From Eledone cirrhosa (Eukaryota): a DNA stretch of 64,000 nucleotides. The notes beneath the pieces were generated by a model. That model did not search any database, was not told the origin of the DNA, and saw nothing but the letters and a program-made list of their open reading frames with translations. The position numbers and the translations under genes are program-made. The stretch lies in the NCBI GenBank assembly GCA_964016885.1, contig OZ024743.1:23126001-23190000 (forward strand), given 5' to 3'. Shown here piece after piece: positions 38,921-52,856 of the stretch (positions within the stretch are counted from its first letter, which is position 1; each line of letters opens with the position of its first letter).

Positions 38921-39200
38921 GTTAAAAATGTACATCCACATATGTATACTGAAATACTAGTATGCATATGAATACACACACGTGTACATATGTAGATGTA
39001 CCGAGTTTTTCACTGGTCACTTTACTGTGAGTGTCCAGCTATTCTGTATGTAAACACACAGACCAACCGGTTTTTAGAGTCATACTGGTTTTTGAGGAAA
39101 CACCTTTCCTCTATTCTCCAGAAAGCCAGACAAGGAGTTACAAACGACAAGTGAGTTACAAACGAAACGAAATTTAATTTCGTTTCGTTATTTGTTTTTA
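38915..39200 (-). mobile_element. Solo truncated copy of the 466-bp retrozyme-like unit, with inverted tail
   Basis: 38915-39136 matches the unit start; 39137-39200 matches the end of the inverted cap (~58677-58727). Confidence 0.9.
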
Positions 39201-41298
39201 TATATATATATATATATATGAAAGACGTAAATAAGAAAATTATGAAAATCGACTTACTTACTAAAATTTCACTCCAACTAATTAGTTTCTGTAAGGGAAT
39301 AAATATGGTTACGGAACGTACCCACAGAGAAACCTTACGTTATATGTGTGTGTGTGTGTGTGTATAAAGAGAGAGAGAGAGCGAGATGAAGAAATTGGGT
39401 TTAATACGAGTTTCTTACCAAATTCGAAGAAACTCGATATATTAGCCTTTTAGGAACTGGCAGAGAGCATAATTTTTTTAGTTATATAATATATGGCGGT
39501 GGAACTTGGGCTGGGGCACGCCCCCCCCCTTCTTTAATAATTATATTCTCTCCCCAAACTACCAAAACACATCTATTTCTATATGCACTACAATTTATGT
39601 ACATGTTATATTTATCGCATATCGAAGTATTCTGACCATTTAGAGTGCAAAGTGCTAAATTAATCACTACAACTAAATTGTCCAAATTTGCCCTAGATTC
39701 ATACATGCTTCCACCACCCCTGCTTTAGAATTAAAGGTGTGAGCTTATGTACATGAGTGAGCATGTGTAACTGTATATATGAATGCCTGTATATATGTAT
39801 GTATATGAAATAGATGTAACTGTGTGCATTTCTATTCCACCTTTTGTCTGTTTTCACCTAACCCACAATATTTTAATCTGTCATCGAAGCTGTATATCTG
39901 AGTGATTCTTTGAACTCTTCTTCCTGTCTATCTCACTAATTTAATCTCTCACTATAGCTGTATCACTATAACTAGTTGTTTGTAGATATCTACCTTCCTA
40001 TCCAAATTTCTGTTTCATCACTTTTCTTGCCTCTTCAGTTTCCCATTTCCCGCTATCTCAATTGCTTAGCCTCACGAAATTAACCCCTTAACTTTAGGTT
40101 TTTCTCGATTTTCCTGATTCTCATACAAAGACAAAATGTGACGAATATTTCGATTCTACACACCTAACAATATAAACTTCCCCATTGTTCTGAATTGTTT
40201 ATTGACTGGTTTCTATCGATATAAACCATCAACAGTTTCCAAGAAATGCGAGAAGCTATTTGGAAATAATTTCAATAACAAGCTCTGTAAAACTATCCAA
40301 ATTCTTTAGAATGTTACAAATATAGAAATACAAGCATAGAAGTTTCCTAATAATTCATTGCAACTATTTCGGCGAGTCTGCAGCAGGCGAAATTAATTGC
40401 GAAATGCTTTTACCATCAAATATTTCCGTTCTTGAAGCGGTTGGATATTTCATCAGAAGAGTTATTTGATAGTTACTTGAATGAATTTGAGTGGAAATGT
40501 CGCAGTGATATAATAAGCATAAAATATTCTTATTGCTGTACACGAAACATGTTCATTAATTGATTGTTTATATCATTGATTCGCTGTTCTTAAACTAAAA
40601 ATATATTTATTTCTCATAATAATATAAAACTACTTTGTTTTAGTATTCATTGGTTTGCTGTTATAGATTATCTATATAGATTATCTTAACGTTTCATTTC
40701 AAATATAGACATCGCATTAAGGTGACATTAAACAATCAAACTTCTGTATAGATATATTTAAAAAATGATAAGGCAGCTATTTAGAAAGTGTAACTTTGAT
40801 AATGAAATTATGTTGTAATTAATTTGATACGACATATCCAATATCATCAATAGTTTTGAAGTGTTGCCGATATTTTATTGATGAATTCGAACATTTTTTA
40901 TGCAGAACCAGTGGATAATATTAAACTGCTCAATGAACAGATTGTTAAAATGTTCCTGTTCACCACTGAATCAAGGATTTGTAGACCTCTCTGATTATAG
41001 TTTGTTAAACTGTAAACATGCAAATAGGATTGCTTACAAATAACGTGAGGGCGCCTTTGCTTAGATCTTCATAAAAAAAAACAAGAGTTTTTATGAATAT
41101 CAGGCACTTATAACATCTGAGGCTGGCGTGAATGACCACCCATCATCACACACTCTAAAATAACAGTGATGAGCTCTTCCGAGTGGGGCTCAGTCCACAC
41201 ATCGTAACCTGAAGAAGGAATAGGGGACTTTAAACGCTCCGGAAATTCAGATGTTTGCATAGAGATATGATATACATAGTTTCTATGATGCTCTAAAC

Positions 41299-42078
41299 CA
41301 CAGGTTCTCAACCCATTTAGGCCAAACGCCCCCTTTTGTCCCTCGAAATCACGAAACGCCCCCCCCCCCTATTTTTCCATTTTTCAATATACTACTGATT
41401 TTTATATCAGTAGATTACTAAAAAATTGATTAACAATATTCCAAAGATGTGTGTATTATCTGATTATGTGTTGTATGTGGTCCTAGATGTGTGTATTACC
41501 TGATTATGTGTTGTATGTGGTCCTAGATGTATGTATTATCTGATTATGTGTTGAATGTGGTCCTAGATGTGTGTTCTACTCGCTTCTGTTTTTTCTTTTC
41601 TTTTTTTTTTATTTGTAATATTAATTATACAATAGGGAATAAAATAGATCTACATAGTGTTAACTCGTTGCAGTTGAGTCAATAATTTCAGACATGAAAT
41701 ACATTGTTATTGGTGAAGGAAAGATAAGATTCTAACTGGCTGCGCCCAAAGTGTCTTTGACCAAGTTGACTGTGGGTTTTTCCATTTTTAGGATCTCAAT
41801 TACCGGTTAACGTCTTAATTACCGGACATGCCTGCACACCTGCTCACAGCTGCGGTCAGACTATAGTTATGCAAGCTCATTCAAATGCATTCACACTGGC
41901 TGTCTCAAAGACATACAAATATGGCTTATAAAACTTACCAAAATAAAGAGCCTTCCAGCGCCCCCTAACCCCCCTCCCCCAGCTCCAAACGCCCCCCTAA
42001 CGCGACCTTGCTCCCAAACGCCCCCCTTGTGTTCCGAAACGCCCCCCGGGGTGCATATGCCCCCGTTGAGAACCTTTG
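41299..42078 (+). mobile_element. hAT-type non-autonomous element M1 with 8-bp TSD CTCTAAAC
   Basis: TIRs CACAGGTTCTCAAC / GTTGAGAACCTTTG; TSD at 41291-98 and 42079-86; internal 40-bp x3 repeat at 41445-41575. Confidence 0.85.
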
Positions 42079-42086
42079 CTCTAAAC

Positions 42087-42433
42087 CAAAGGTTCTCAAT
42101 CTTTTGGCGCCACTGCCCCCCTCACAGCCACATAATACTCTCAGCGCCCCCAACCCTATTTCCAGAGAGACCTGTCTACACGCAAATTGAAAATAATACA
42201 TAATTGATAAAATCCTTAATTGATATATAATAAATAATATATACTATGTATAAATAAATATTATATATTCTTATTTTACTATATTTATATATAATACGCA
42301 TCATTTAATATTTAATATACTATTATATAATCTTTACTTCCCTTCACTGCCCCCTTAGGCTCCAGTGACCCCTAGATCTTCTAAATGCCCCCCCCCCCCC
42401 GAGGGACGGTAGCACCCACATTGAGAACCTCTG
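42087..42433 (+). mobile_element. hAT-type MITE M2 with TSD CTCTAAAC / CTATAAAC
   Basis: TIRs CAAAGGTTCTCAAT / ATTGAGAACCTCTG. Confidence 0.85.
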
Positions 42434-42499
42434 CTATAAACACTCTGTACGATCTCGTAAGTTGTTTCCTGATATTTGTCATGTCATTAGACAGCCCCT

Positions 42500-42820
42500 C
42501 ACTACTGAAAGACCAGTAAACAATAGTGGAGTGATACAAAGAACATTTCAACTAGCTCATAAACCAGTTTATAAACCTGTAGATTCAACAGTTGTGGAAA
42601 AACTGCGAATTGGCCACCATCCACCACCTTCATGAACCACCAATCTTGGTTGAAGTTAGTAGTGCTTCCAAAACCTTGAAAAGCAGGAAATATCCTGGAC
42701 CAGACAATATTCCAGTCGACATCTTGAGGCAGGGGGTATCTCTGTACAAGAACGCTTCAATATCAAATCGTAGACATATGCCAACATTGTCACCATATAC
42801 ATGTACAATGAAGGGTATAT
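42500..42820 (+). mobile_element. LINE fragment (pre-RT region)
   Basis: PPILVEVSSASKTLKSRKYPGPDNIPVDILRQG. Confidence 0.6.
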
Positions 42821-43146
42821 ATTTGTACAAACAGTATAGTACATCTGTTATAGTACATCTGTCCATAGATTTAAATCTATACCTCTGATGACAGATCGAC
42901 ACTGGAATAAGGACTATCATATCGATTAAAGCTTTGAGTTGTTCAACTGCGAAGCATGTGTCACGTTCGATATGGAATAAAATCATTTTAAAGTAAAACT
43001 ACTTTAACTGATACATAATGTATACACTCTGCTGATTAAAAATATACTCTATAAAGATACGAGAACACACTTTCTTTGAAATCAAACTGTTCTGGGTCCA
43101 TATCAGTGCCACCTACAGTAATCAACAAATATTACAAATAACCTGC

Positions 43147-43234
<88 letters not shown>

Positions 43235-44064
43235 ATATGCATATGCATACATACGCATACACACACATTATGTTGCATATATATATATATATATAAGTAC
43301 AGATTAAAATGTATAGATACAATCGTTGTCGAGCTCTCTTCGGATTTTGATCTTAATATTTATTATTACTATATATGTATGTATGAATGTTTGTATGTAT
43401 GTTTGTATGTATGTATGTATGTATGTATGTATGTATGTGTATACGTATGTATGTTTGTGCATGTGTGTGTGTGGATCCGTTGGTATTAGGTAACACGTCT
43501 AACCAATTGTACACAGTGAGTTATCAAAGGTATTCACAAAGATATACATGACTATTAATGATATCATTCTATCTGTTTTCTTCTTCTCTAACAGAATAAC
43601 AATGTGTTTCCCGCACCCATCTTTCTATATATGCCATAACCTTTTGTACTATTCCACTTTTTATCTATATCGTATTAAGAACACGAACTGATATTCCCGC
43701 ATATATATTACACATTATACTCGACCTTGGGCAAGTGTCATTTACAAAGCCTATGGATGACTCATGTCTTGTGAATGAAACTGGGTTGACAATAAGTGTC
43801 TGGAAACCCCTCGGATGGACTGTAAGTGTAAATTCAAAGGGTCAGTTTTATTTCATTCTGTGTCACGTTGAATCACCATGAGAAGTACCCTAAGGTTAGA
43901 CATGTCTGTGGTATGGTCAGTCACTTGTGTTGAGCGAACAACTAGAACACTGATCGTCGAAACCGACGGAGGACTATTGCATGTATGTATCTATCTATCT
44001 GCTCCCTCCTCTCTCTCTCTCTCTATATATATATACATATATATACATATACATATACATATAC

Positions 44065-44188
<124 letters not shown>

Positions 44189-44271
44189 GGTAAACACAGA
44201 AATAACAACACAATCGGTACAGTATATGGAAGGGATATATTAGGCTAACGCTTGATATAGCAGGAAGAGGG

Positions 44272-44307
44272 TCTTAACGTTTCGGACGCTAGTCCTTCAT
44301 CAGAAGA
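44272..44307 (-). ncRNA. Minimal type I hammerhead ribozyme (PLE pLTR remnant ~44185-44425)
   Basis: Minus strand reads TCTT-CTGATGA-AGGAC-TAGC-GTCC-GAAA-CG-TT-AAGA. Confidence 0.75.
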
Positions 44308-44427
44308 AAGAATGAGAAATAAGATAGATTGAGGGGACGGGCGGGCTGGAATTGGAAAAAATGTCTTTAGATAAAAATAACAGGTCCATTCATGTTGACA
44401 TCTCTTGCAAAACTATTGGTGCTAGGC

Positions 44428-44648
44428 GTGAAGGCGTGTGGATGATTGGTTAGAGAACTGGATTCGCAATCGTGAGCGTGTCAGTTCGATTCCTGGACCG
44501 GGCGATGCGTTATGTCCTTGAGCAAGACACTTTATTTCACGTTGCTCCTTCTACCTGGAGTTGAGACCGATAGATAGTACTAGCAATTGGAAAGACCAAT
44601 GGAAACATTGTTTCCTCGGTCCGATTTGACGAAAGTCGATCGATCCTT
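44428..44648 (+). mobile_element. tRNA-derived SINE family C (related copy 9655-9775, minus; inverted head fragment 44722-44776)
   Basis: tRNA-like head, GTCCTTGAGCAAGACAC body, tail ...GACGAAAGTCGATCGA shared with 9655. Confidence 0.75.
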
Positions 44649-44789
44649 TTATATATATATATATATATGCGTGATATATGTGTGGGAGTATATATATAGA
44701 GAGAGAGAGGGGAGTAACGTCGAAAACCTTACGATTGCGAATCCAATTCTCTAACCACTCAGCCACACGCCTTCACTATATATATATAT

Positions 44790-44828
<39 letters not shown>

Positions 44829-45354
44829 CACATATATATATACATATTTATATACATACATATATATACATACACACACACACACAGTTTATACAAGTGT
44901 GTGTGTGTTAAGGCTGAAGGTTGTATAGCAATTCCACTCGCCTGATGCAGTGATATCTCATATTTCGTCCTTGACATTAAATTCAGCAATTCGTCTTCAC
45001 GTTGATATGCAGAAGGAGAATATCAGCATTTCCCCAGTTGCTCTTCACTTTTTATTCCTTTTCTTCTTCTCTTCATTTCCTTCTTTCTCTATCTCTTTCT
45101 TCCTTGGTTTTGGCTTCATTTTTTTTTATCTTATTTTAATTTATTTTATTTCATCTTTCCGCTTGTCAGATTAGTCTTTACTAGTTTCTAACTGTTGCAT
45201 TTTCTATTTTTCTCTTTCTCCTCCTCCATCTTCCTCTCTATCTTGTTTTGTATTTTTGTTTTGTTTTTATTTCACCAACTCCCACTCTCACTCACACGCA
45301 CGAACGCTCTCCCTCACTTATGCCCTCACTCATTTTCGTTCCTTCTCTCTCATT

Positions 45355-45397
<43 letters not shown>

Positions 45398-45479
45398 TTC
45401 CACCTTCTCTGTTATTACCATCTCTTTCTCTCTCTCTTTCTCTCTCTCTCACTCTCTTCCACCTTCTCTGTTATTACCA

Positions 45480-45522
<43 letters not shown>

Positions 45523-45578
45523 CTATCTATCTATCTTCCTCTCTTTCTCTCTCTCCCACCCTCTATGCTATTACCATC

Positions 45579-45650
<72 letters not shown>

Positions 45651-45730
45651 CTTCTCTGCTATTACCATCTCTATCTCTCCCTCTCTCTATCTTCCATCCT
45701 CTCTGCTATTACCACCTCTTTCTCTCCTCT
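45355..45730. repeat. (CT)n with interspersed TCTCTGYTATTACCATCT units
   Basis: Directly visible. Confidence 0.85.
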
Positions 45731-46019
45731 TCCTATCTCTCTTCGTTTTCTTACATTCTTCTTCTCACACCCACCATTCCATTCTCCCCCATTTCTCGCT
45801 GCACTTTTAATCAATCCTCTCTCTGTCTGAAATTGTTTTTTGCTAAATATTTTCCTCCCACCCTTATTGTACTCGACCTACTAGAAATAGTAGCAAAATC
45901 TCCCTCGAATCACATCCTGCTATCTAAATAAATCAATTAATTAAAAACAAAACAGGACATTTGATAAGGTGATGCAGCATACATTTTCTGAAAAATCCCA
46001 AATGACAGAATGGTCCCGG

Positions 46020-46700
46020 CTTGTAGGGTCTTTGAAGATTCTTCTTGTGACGCTAAACTCCGCCAGTTGCAGACTGCACATTAACATGTGATATCTCTCT
46101 CCATAAAGTTCGATCACCAGCAGCAGAGTTCAAAGAGCAAAGAGCAAGTCCAGTCCATAAGTTGACATTGTCAAGCCATCAGCTGCCGGTCTCTGCTTCT
46201 CTTACCAGCCAACCTTCCTTCCAGGCATAACCTACTCACGCCACGAGTTGATTTCTTTATATGACCATAGTTTGAGTACTCTTGACTTGACAATTGATGT
46301 AAATTGGTCTAAGTTTGATAATGTTGAGCAACTCACTGATACAGATATTATCGATGAGGTGCTTGCCAGTCATAAGTCTTATGATGTGGTCTTGAGCAAC
46401 TCACTGATTCAGATATGATCGCTGAGCTGCTTGCCAGTCATAAGTTTCATAATGTGGTCCTGGAATATAGAGGACTTCTGAAGTGACCTTGTCGTCCAAT
46501 TAACACAGTCAAGACCATATAACACAACTGGTAGGATGTAAGTATCAAAGATCTTAGCCTTCAAATAATAGGAAGCTCTTTGAAGATGGGTCTACTCAAT
46601 TAGAACTGCATGTATGGATCCATGTCTCCTGATTGAGTCGTAGATGCGCCATAGTTACATACAGCGTTTCATGAGCATTTAAAATCTGGCGGAACACATA
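46020..46700 (-). mobile_element. RTE-type LINE 3' fragment with internal ~68-bp duplication
   Basis: Minus strand KIFDTYILPVVLYGLDCVNWT; LCLEGRLAGKRSRDRQ..WLDNV. Confidence 0.7.
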
Positions 46701-47740
46701 CCTCTCCTGCTTTGAACATAGCTAATTACTACTAGAGAAGGGGTGAGAGAGAATGATAGAGAGGGAGTGAGAGAGAATGATAGAGAGGAAGTGAGAGAGA
46801 GTGAGAGAGAGGGAGTGAGAGAGAATGATAGAGAGCAATAGAGAGAGAATGATAGAGAGGAAGTGAGAGAGAATGATAGAGAGGGAGTGAGAGAGAGTGA
46901 TAGAGAGGAAGTGAGAGAGAATGATAGAGAGGAACAAAGAGAGAATGATAGAGAGGAATATATAGAGAGAGAGTGATAAAGAGAAAGTGTGATATAGATA
47001 TGTATATGAAAAATCGACCAGTACATCGACTGGTACATTTTTATCGATCACGAAAAGGTGATAGGCAAAGTTGACTACGACGGGTTCTGATCTCAGAGCC
47101 GGAACGAATACCGCAAATCATTCTATCTGACGCTCTAACAATTCTGCCAAGTCGCCGCCTCAAATAAACTGATTTGGGGCTCAACAACAACCGTTTTGGA
47201 GCTCATTTTAGGTGTCCTTTCTTTATTCTTCTTCTTCCTTCTCCCTTCCACTCTCCCACACATACTCCTCATCCATATTCTGTCTCTCTCCTCTCCCCTG
47301 CTCATCTCTCTCTTTCTTTCTCACACTCTTCTTTCTCTCTCGTCTTTCCTCTCACTAACCCTCACTTTGTTCACCCTCTCTCTCTCTCTCTCTGACATGT
47401 CAACTGTTTATGTACCACAGTTGGTTCTATATAATAATTTGTCATTGTTTTTTCTCTAGAATAAGTGTCAAAGGAGAAATTATTCTTCTAAAGCTAGAAA
47501 CAAACAACTGATAACGATTGACCTTCCGTCGGTTTCGACGATGAGGAGTCAGTTATCTGTTTACATGAACGTAATATTATACACGTTAACGTGTACTCTT
47601 GGGTCTCGAATAATCGTCAAAACAATTGATAAACTGCAGAAATATTGATTTCTAAAATTGGCACAAGGCTACATATTTTGTAGAGCAGAGTATATTCGAT
47701 AAAATCAACTTCAGTACTTCTGACTTGCATTATTCTTTAA

Positions 47741-47933
47741 CAGACCTGCTAACCTCTAAAAACCCAAACGGGGTGTACCACGAAAAGAAGTGCCCCAAAA
47801 CGGGGAGAAATGAGGCAGATTTATACCCAGAAACGGGGAGATTTATACCCATTTTCACAAGAGAAGACATCTCTCACCCACCCCAAAGTGGGTGGGAGAT
47901 CTCCCCGTCCGTCGGGGAGAGTTGAGAGGTCTG
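47741..47933 (+). mobile_element. MITE family M3
   Basis: CAGACCTGCTAAC...GTTGAGAGGTCTG; flanks CTTTAA / CTTTTA. Confidence 0.75.
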
Positions 47934-49500
47934 CTTTTAATGACCAAATCCCGAAGAATATTTTGTTATTTCATTAGATGTAAAATATTCTTAGCAGACT
48001 TAGTCTTAAATATTGCAAGCGGTATCCTATCATAGTAGCAAGTTAGAGTTGAGCCAAATTTGTAATATTGCTTTGATACCGTTTCACATGATTCCTTTAG
48101 GTAGACAGGAGTCTGGTATTAATCACTTGGTCACTATACAGACAGCTACAGTAAAACAGTAACATTCAGTAGGTGATTAACACCATATTAATGGTTACGA
48201 TAATATTTTCATTTGCATGTGTGCACGAAACGTAATAGCATGTGTTATTGCATGTTAATTCACGTGCAAGAAATCGTATTTCCACGAATATAAGAAATGA
48301 CAAAGATAATGAAACTGTTCCAAGACATTTCGTCAGAAATATCATATTGCTACATCAGATATAAAATGCCATCCTTTATTCTTTCTTTCTTTCATATTCT
48401 CATACTTTTAAATGCTCCCACCTCCTTCCGTTTTAACACTAGTTTTTTTGTTTTGTTATTTTTGTTTTTCTTCTGCTATTTTTACACTCATCTCCTGATC
48501 AGTCTTTCTTCACATAACAGTTTCAGTATTACTATTGGACTCTGCCAAGAAAGCTTATTTACAGTGAATGCCGAGGATAATATAATAAAGTGCACGTACT
48601 GCATAGCAAGTATTTAAACAACTTGTATTTCGGTTTCAATTACCGACAGGAGCCAATCCACTTCATATAACTTCACTTTATTGAACTTCTCTTTACTAAC
48701 ACCACACTGCAATTGTATTTCAGTAGAATAAACGTTAGATAATCTAACGAGTGGGATACTAGGAGTGTGCCGTATAGTAGATTTAGAGAGGGGAGAGTTT
48801 ATGGGTGATTGATATACAGAGGGGGATTGGGAGAGATAAGTGTAGATATTTATAGAGAGTGAGAGAGTATATTAGTCTTAGATATAGAGAGTGGGATAAG
48901 AGAGGCGGTGTCGTGGTAGATATAAAGAGGGGTAGAGTTTGGTTTTAGTAGATACAGAGAGGAGGATTAAAAGAGAGTTTTGTGTGATAGACATAGAGAG
49001 GAGGAGAGTTCGATGGTACTCTCGGGTCTCAAATAATAGGAAGGGGAGGACAATATTATGGGTGGGGCTTCGGAAATCAGTAATTGTATAGTGTACGTTT
49101 GTAAATATGGGATTTCTTGTAATGTTTGTCTTTTGTCATATATAATATTTTTTTTAATGTGAAAATATGAATCACTTACAATAAAATTTCGCCGGAGATA
49201 GATTAGCAAAATTTAATTAGCGGGTTGAATGGTGGTTGGGTAGAATAAAAACCAGGGGCAGGTGGGAAAATCTGACAAATTAATAAGCGGGGGTTGGGGA
49301 CGATTATTCAAAACCTGAGAGTTCGTGGTTTGACGGGCGTAAGAATGAAAACTCAATACCGAAGTAGAGTTTAAATATTCATTTATTACGGCTAAGCCTT
49401 GTTTATCGCATATCGAAGTTTTCTAACAATTTTAGAGTGCAGAGATTGAAACTAATTACTACAACTAAATTGTCCACCCCCAATTCAGATTGCACCGCCC

Positions 49501-49585
<85 letters not shown>

Positions 49586-49590
<5 letters not shown>

Positions 49591-49645
49591 AGACTCATGA
49601 CCCCGGCGGCTGACCTCCGGTCGTTTCGACAACTAGATCCGAACT
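49586..49645 (-). mobile_element. 'GGGGTC' family 3' end abutting the 5' end of PLE family X
   Basis: Reverse complement of 7414-7474. Confidence 0.65.
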
Positions 49646-49647
49646 TA

Positions 49648-51200
49648 GACTTACCTACGACACTGACTACCTAGACAGCCATGACCTTAGACGTTTCTGC
49701 CCCAGTAGACCCATAAGAGGTAGCCCCTCACCATAACCTCAATGGCAAAAAAGACTCCCGTGGAAGGTGGATTGGGTGGACCAAAGCTATACGGACCGCC
49801 CCCCCCCCCCCCCCCCCCAAAAAACAATGATCAGGTAAGAAAAATGGTCGCACATGCAATAGGGGCTAGTATCAAAACTACCCTAAAGGGCCACATATTC
49901 AAGTTTAACGAGAAGATCTACACCCAAAATGAGGGAGCAGCCATTGGCGTTAGCATAGCTGGTGATGTTGCCAACCTTTTCATGGTATGGTGGGAAAGGA
50001 GACTCAAAGATCTCCTTGATGAGAGCTCCATAGACCTCATCATGTACTCTCGTTACGTAAACGACATCAATATAGTAATAAGGACATCCCCACAAGAGAG
50101 CACTAACAAGTTTGATTTAGAACATAGCACAATGGAAAGCATCCAGCAGATAGCTAATTCCATACAACAAAGTATAACTGTAACTATCGACTACCCTTCC
50201 AAACACCCTAACAATAGACTACCTGCATTAGACACGGAATTCTGGATTAACACTATAGACGAGAGAGCCCAAATTCTCCACTCACACTACGCTAAACCCA
50301 TGGCCTCCAAATACATGATACTCAAAAACTCAGCAATGTCCAGTAGTGCTAAGTTTAATATTCTGATCGCAGACTTGGTACGAGTGATGAAGAACGTGTC
50401 CCGCATGTGCGACCCAACATAAATGGAAAGACACATCCAACAATTCATCGACCGCATGCAGTTCTCTGGCTACAACCAAAGAGACAGAATCAGAGTATAA
50501 GAAGGAGCAACGGAGAAGTATAAGACCCTCATAGAACTGGACATGAAAGGAATTTGCCCATTATACAGGAGCAAATCATGGAATAGCTTAGATAGGACTA
50601 GACATAAGATAGGGAAAGCCACCTCATGGTACGACAACCAGAGATACCAGAGTGTCATATTTGTGGACGCTACCCCTGGAGGGAAATTAGCTAACCAGTG
50701 TAGAAAAGCCCTGCGAAAGACCCACTTAAAGATTAAGGTGGTAGAAAAGCCAGGAACCACCATAAAATCCCTGATCAGCAAAACCTACCCTTTTAAGAAA
50801 ACTCACTATACTAATAGGAAATGTATCATATGTAAAGTAAACCCCCGGATAAACTGTAAAACTAGAAACGTAGTCTATAGCATAAGATGTACAGAGGGTA
50901 CTTGCAGAAACATTACAACAACATACATAGGCGAGACAGCTCGTAGCATAGGTGAAAGGATAGACCAACACTGGGGGAACTAAAAGGACAAAATACGGTT
51001 CAGTACTATACGAACATGCCAGACAACAACACGACGGTAACATAGACAACATAGAAATTAGAATAATATCTAAACATAAAAATGACCCAGCAGATAGGTA
51101 AATCAGAGAGGCCAGCGAAATAGAAGGCCAAGGCTAAACAGAAAAAAATGAATGGAATAACAACAACACCCAAACAAACAACACTGACCTAAGAGAAGTA

Positions 51201-51231
<31 letters not shown>

Positions 51232-51696
51232 ATACACAAGCACAATAACAACAAACACATATAAACACACACTAGTAAACTAAGATAGAATACAATAACC
51301 AATACACAGTCACCCAAACACGAACACACATCAAACAAAACACTATACACACACGCAAACGCATGCGCAGAGAAGACAAAAAAAAAAATAAATAAATAAA
51401 TAAACAGACTAAATAAAGATGGCGTAGGCATACAATGCAACGGGAGGAAACATAATAGCATCACTGACGATGTTGCAGATGTGCAACGAAAGAACTTTGT
51501 TAGATTATATATATGTGTTTGTTTCTATATTGTATCTGTATTTTTGACCGTTGGTCAGTCAATGGTAACATTGAGGACCGAATAAATTAAATTAACCGAT
51601 ATAAAAGACACAGAAACGAAAACCAACCAAACAGTGAGTGTGTTCTATTATTAATTCTGGCAATATTATTACACAAATATGACCCTCCCCAAGTAT

Positions 51697-51701
<5 letters not shown>
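49648..51701 (+). mobile_element. 5'-truncated Penelope-like element, family X (RT core to 3' pLTR), disrupted
   Basis: YTQNEGAAIGVSIAGDVANLFM, YSRYVNDI (catalytic D>N), LPALDTEFWI, Cys-rich linker, NVVY..YIGETARS. Stops and frameshifts; ends at (TA)n. Confidence 0.92.
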
Positions 51702-51787
<86 letters not shown>

Positions 51788-52457
51788 TACATATATATGG
51801 TGGCTGCAAACTCGTTTTCTAGTACGGCCACTACTTTATATGCATGTAGGAGAACCCCTACCGATGCGCTGAACGAGTGTGACTTTTTAGTCCAGCCAGC
51901 GACTTGAAAACTCTGGTACATACACTACACATGTGACAATTATTGACACATAATGCTGGGCTCATGGTACAAGAGATCTCCAGATATAAAGCAATGCCTG
52001 TGCCGTGAAGCTTTTATAGTGAGCAAAGGCACTGCACAAAGCCAGTCCCACTCTCTTAACCAAGATGATATTTACCAAAAAGAAGAACAAGTCGACATCA
52101 GTGGATACCATCAGAGTTGCAGGTGTTATATCAGAGTTTTCCTTCTCCTAGAATTCTGCCTTGAGAAAGGTTAAGGGGTCATCTCTCCCGGTGATTTTGG
52201 ATGGCCATTGACTCTTAAGAGCTCCTTTGCCCTTTGACAGGTTTTGTTTTTAGTCCTGCAGGATGTCCAAAGTCACCCTCCTCACCAAGAAACCTTGGTG
52301 GGGTTGCCAGTTTAGTCGCCAACGACCCGACCATGAGACAGGTTGTACTGGGATACATGTTACCAGTAGCACCAACTGGTGACCTGACATAATACATACA
52401 TATATATATATATATACATACATATATATATATACATACATATATACATATATATGC

Positions 52458-52488
<31 letters not shown>

Positions 52489-52524
52489 CATACATATATA
52501 TATATACATACATACATATATATA

Positions 52525-52599
<75 letters not shown>

Positions 52600-52817
52600 G
52601 TTAAAAATGTACATCCGCATATGTATACTGAAATACTAGTATGCATATGAATACACACACGTATACATATGTAGATGTACCAAGTCTTTCAATGGTTACT
52701 TTACTGTGAGTATCCAGCTATTCTGTATGTAAACACATAGACAAACCGGTTTTTAGAGTCATACTGGTTTTTGAGGAAACACCTTTCCTCTATTCTCCAG
52801 AAAGCCAGACAAGGAAC

Positions 52818-52856
52818 ATTGAACTAGTTTCGTTGTTGTTACAACTCATCAGCAAT
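52818..52856 (-). ncRNA. Type I hammerhead ribozyme of unit 1 (repeated in all 12 units)
   Basis: Minus strand reads ATTG-CTGATGA-GTTGT-AACA-ACAAC-GAAA-CTAG-TT-CAAT. Confidence 0.88.

Noticed and set aside
40440-40505. LFDSYLNEFEWK, reminiscent of a Merlin/IS1595 transposase C-terminus
   Set aside because: Single short motif, no TIRs or other DDE motifs recognised.
45195-45931. Overlapping Leu/Ser-rich ORFs (and all YI/CV/HT/poly-E ORFs in the track)
   Set aside because: Microsatellite translations with no coding signal.
52130-52390. Possible LINE 5' UTR or SINE fragment
   Set aside because: It looks repeat-derived, but I could not assign a family or boundaries.
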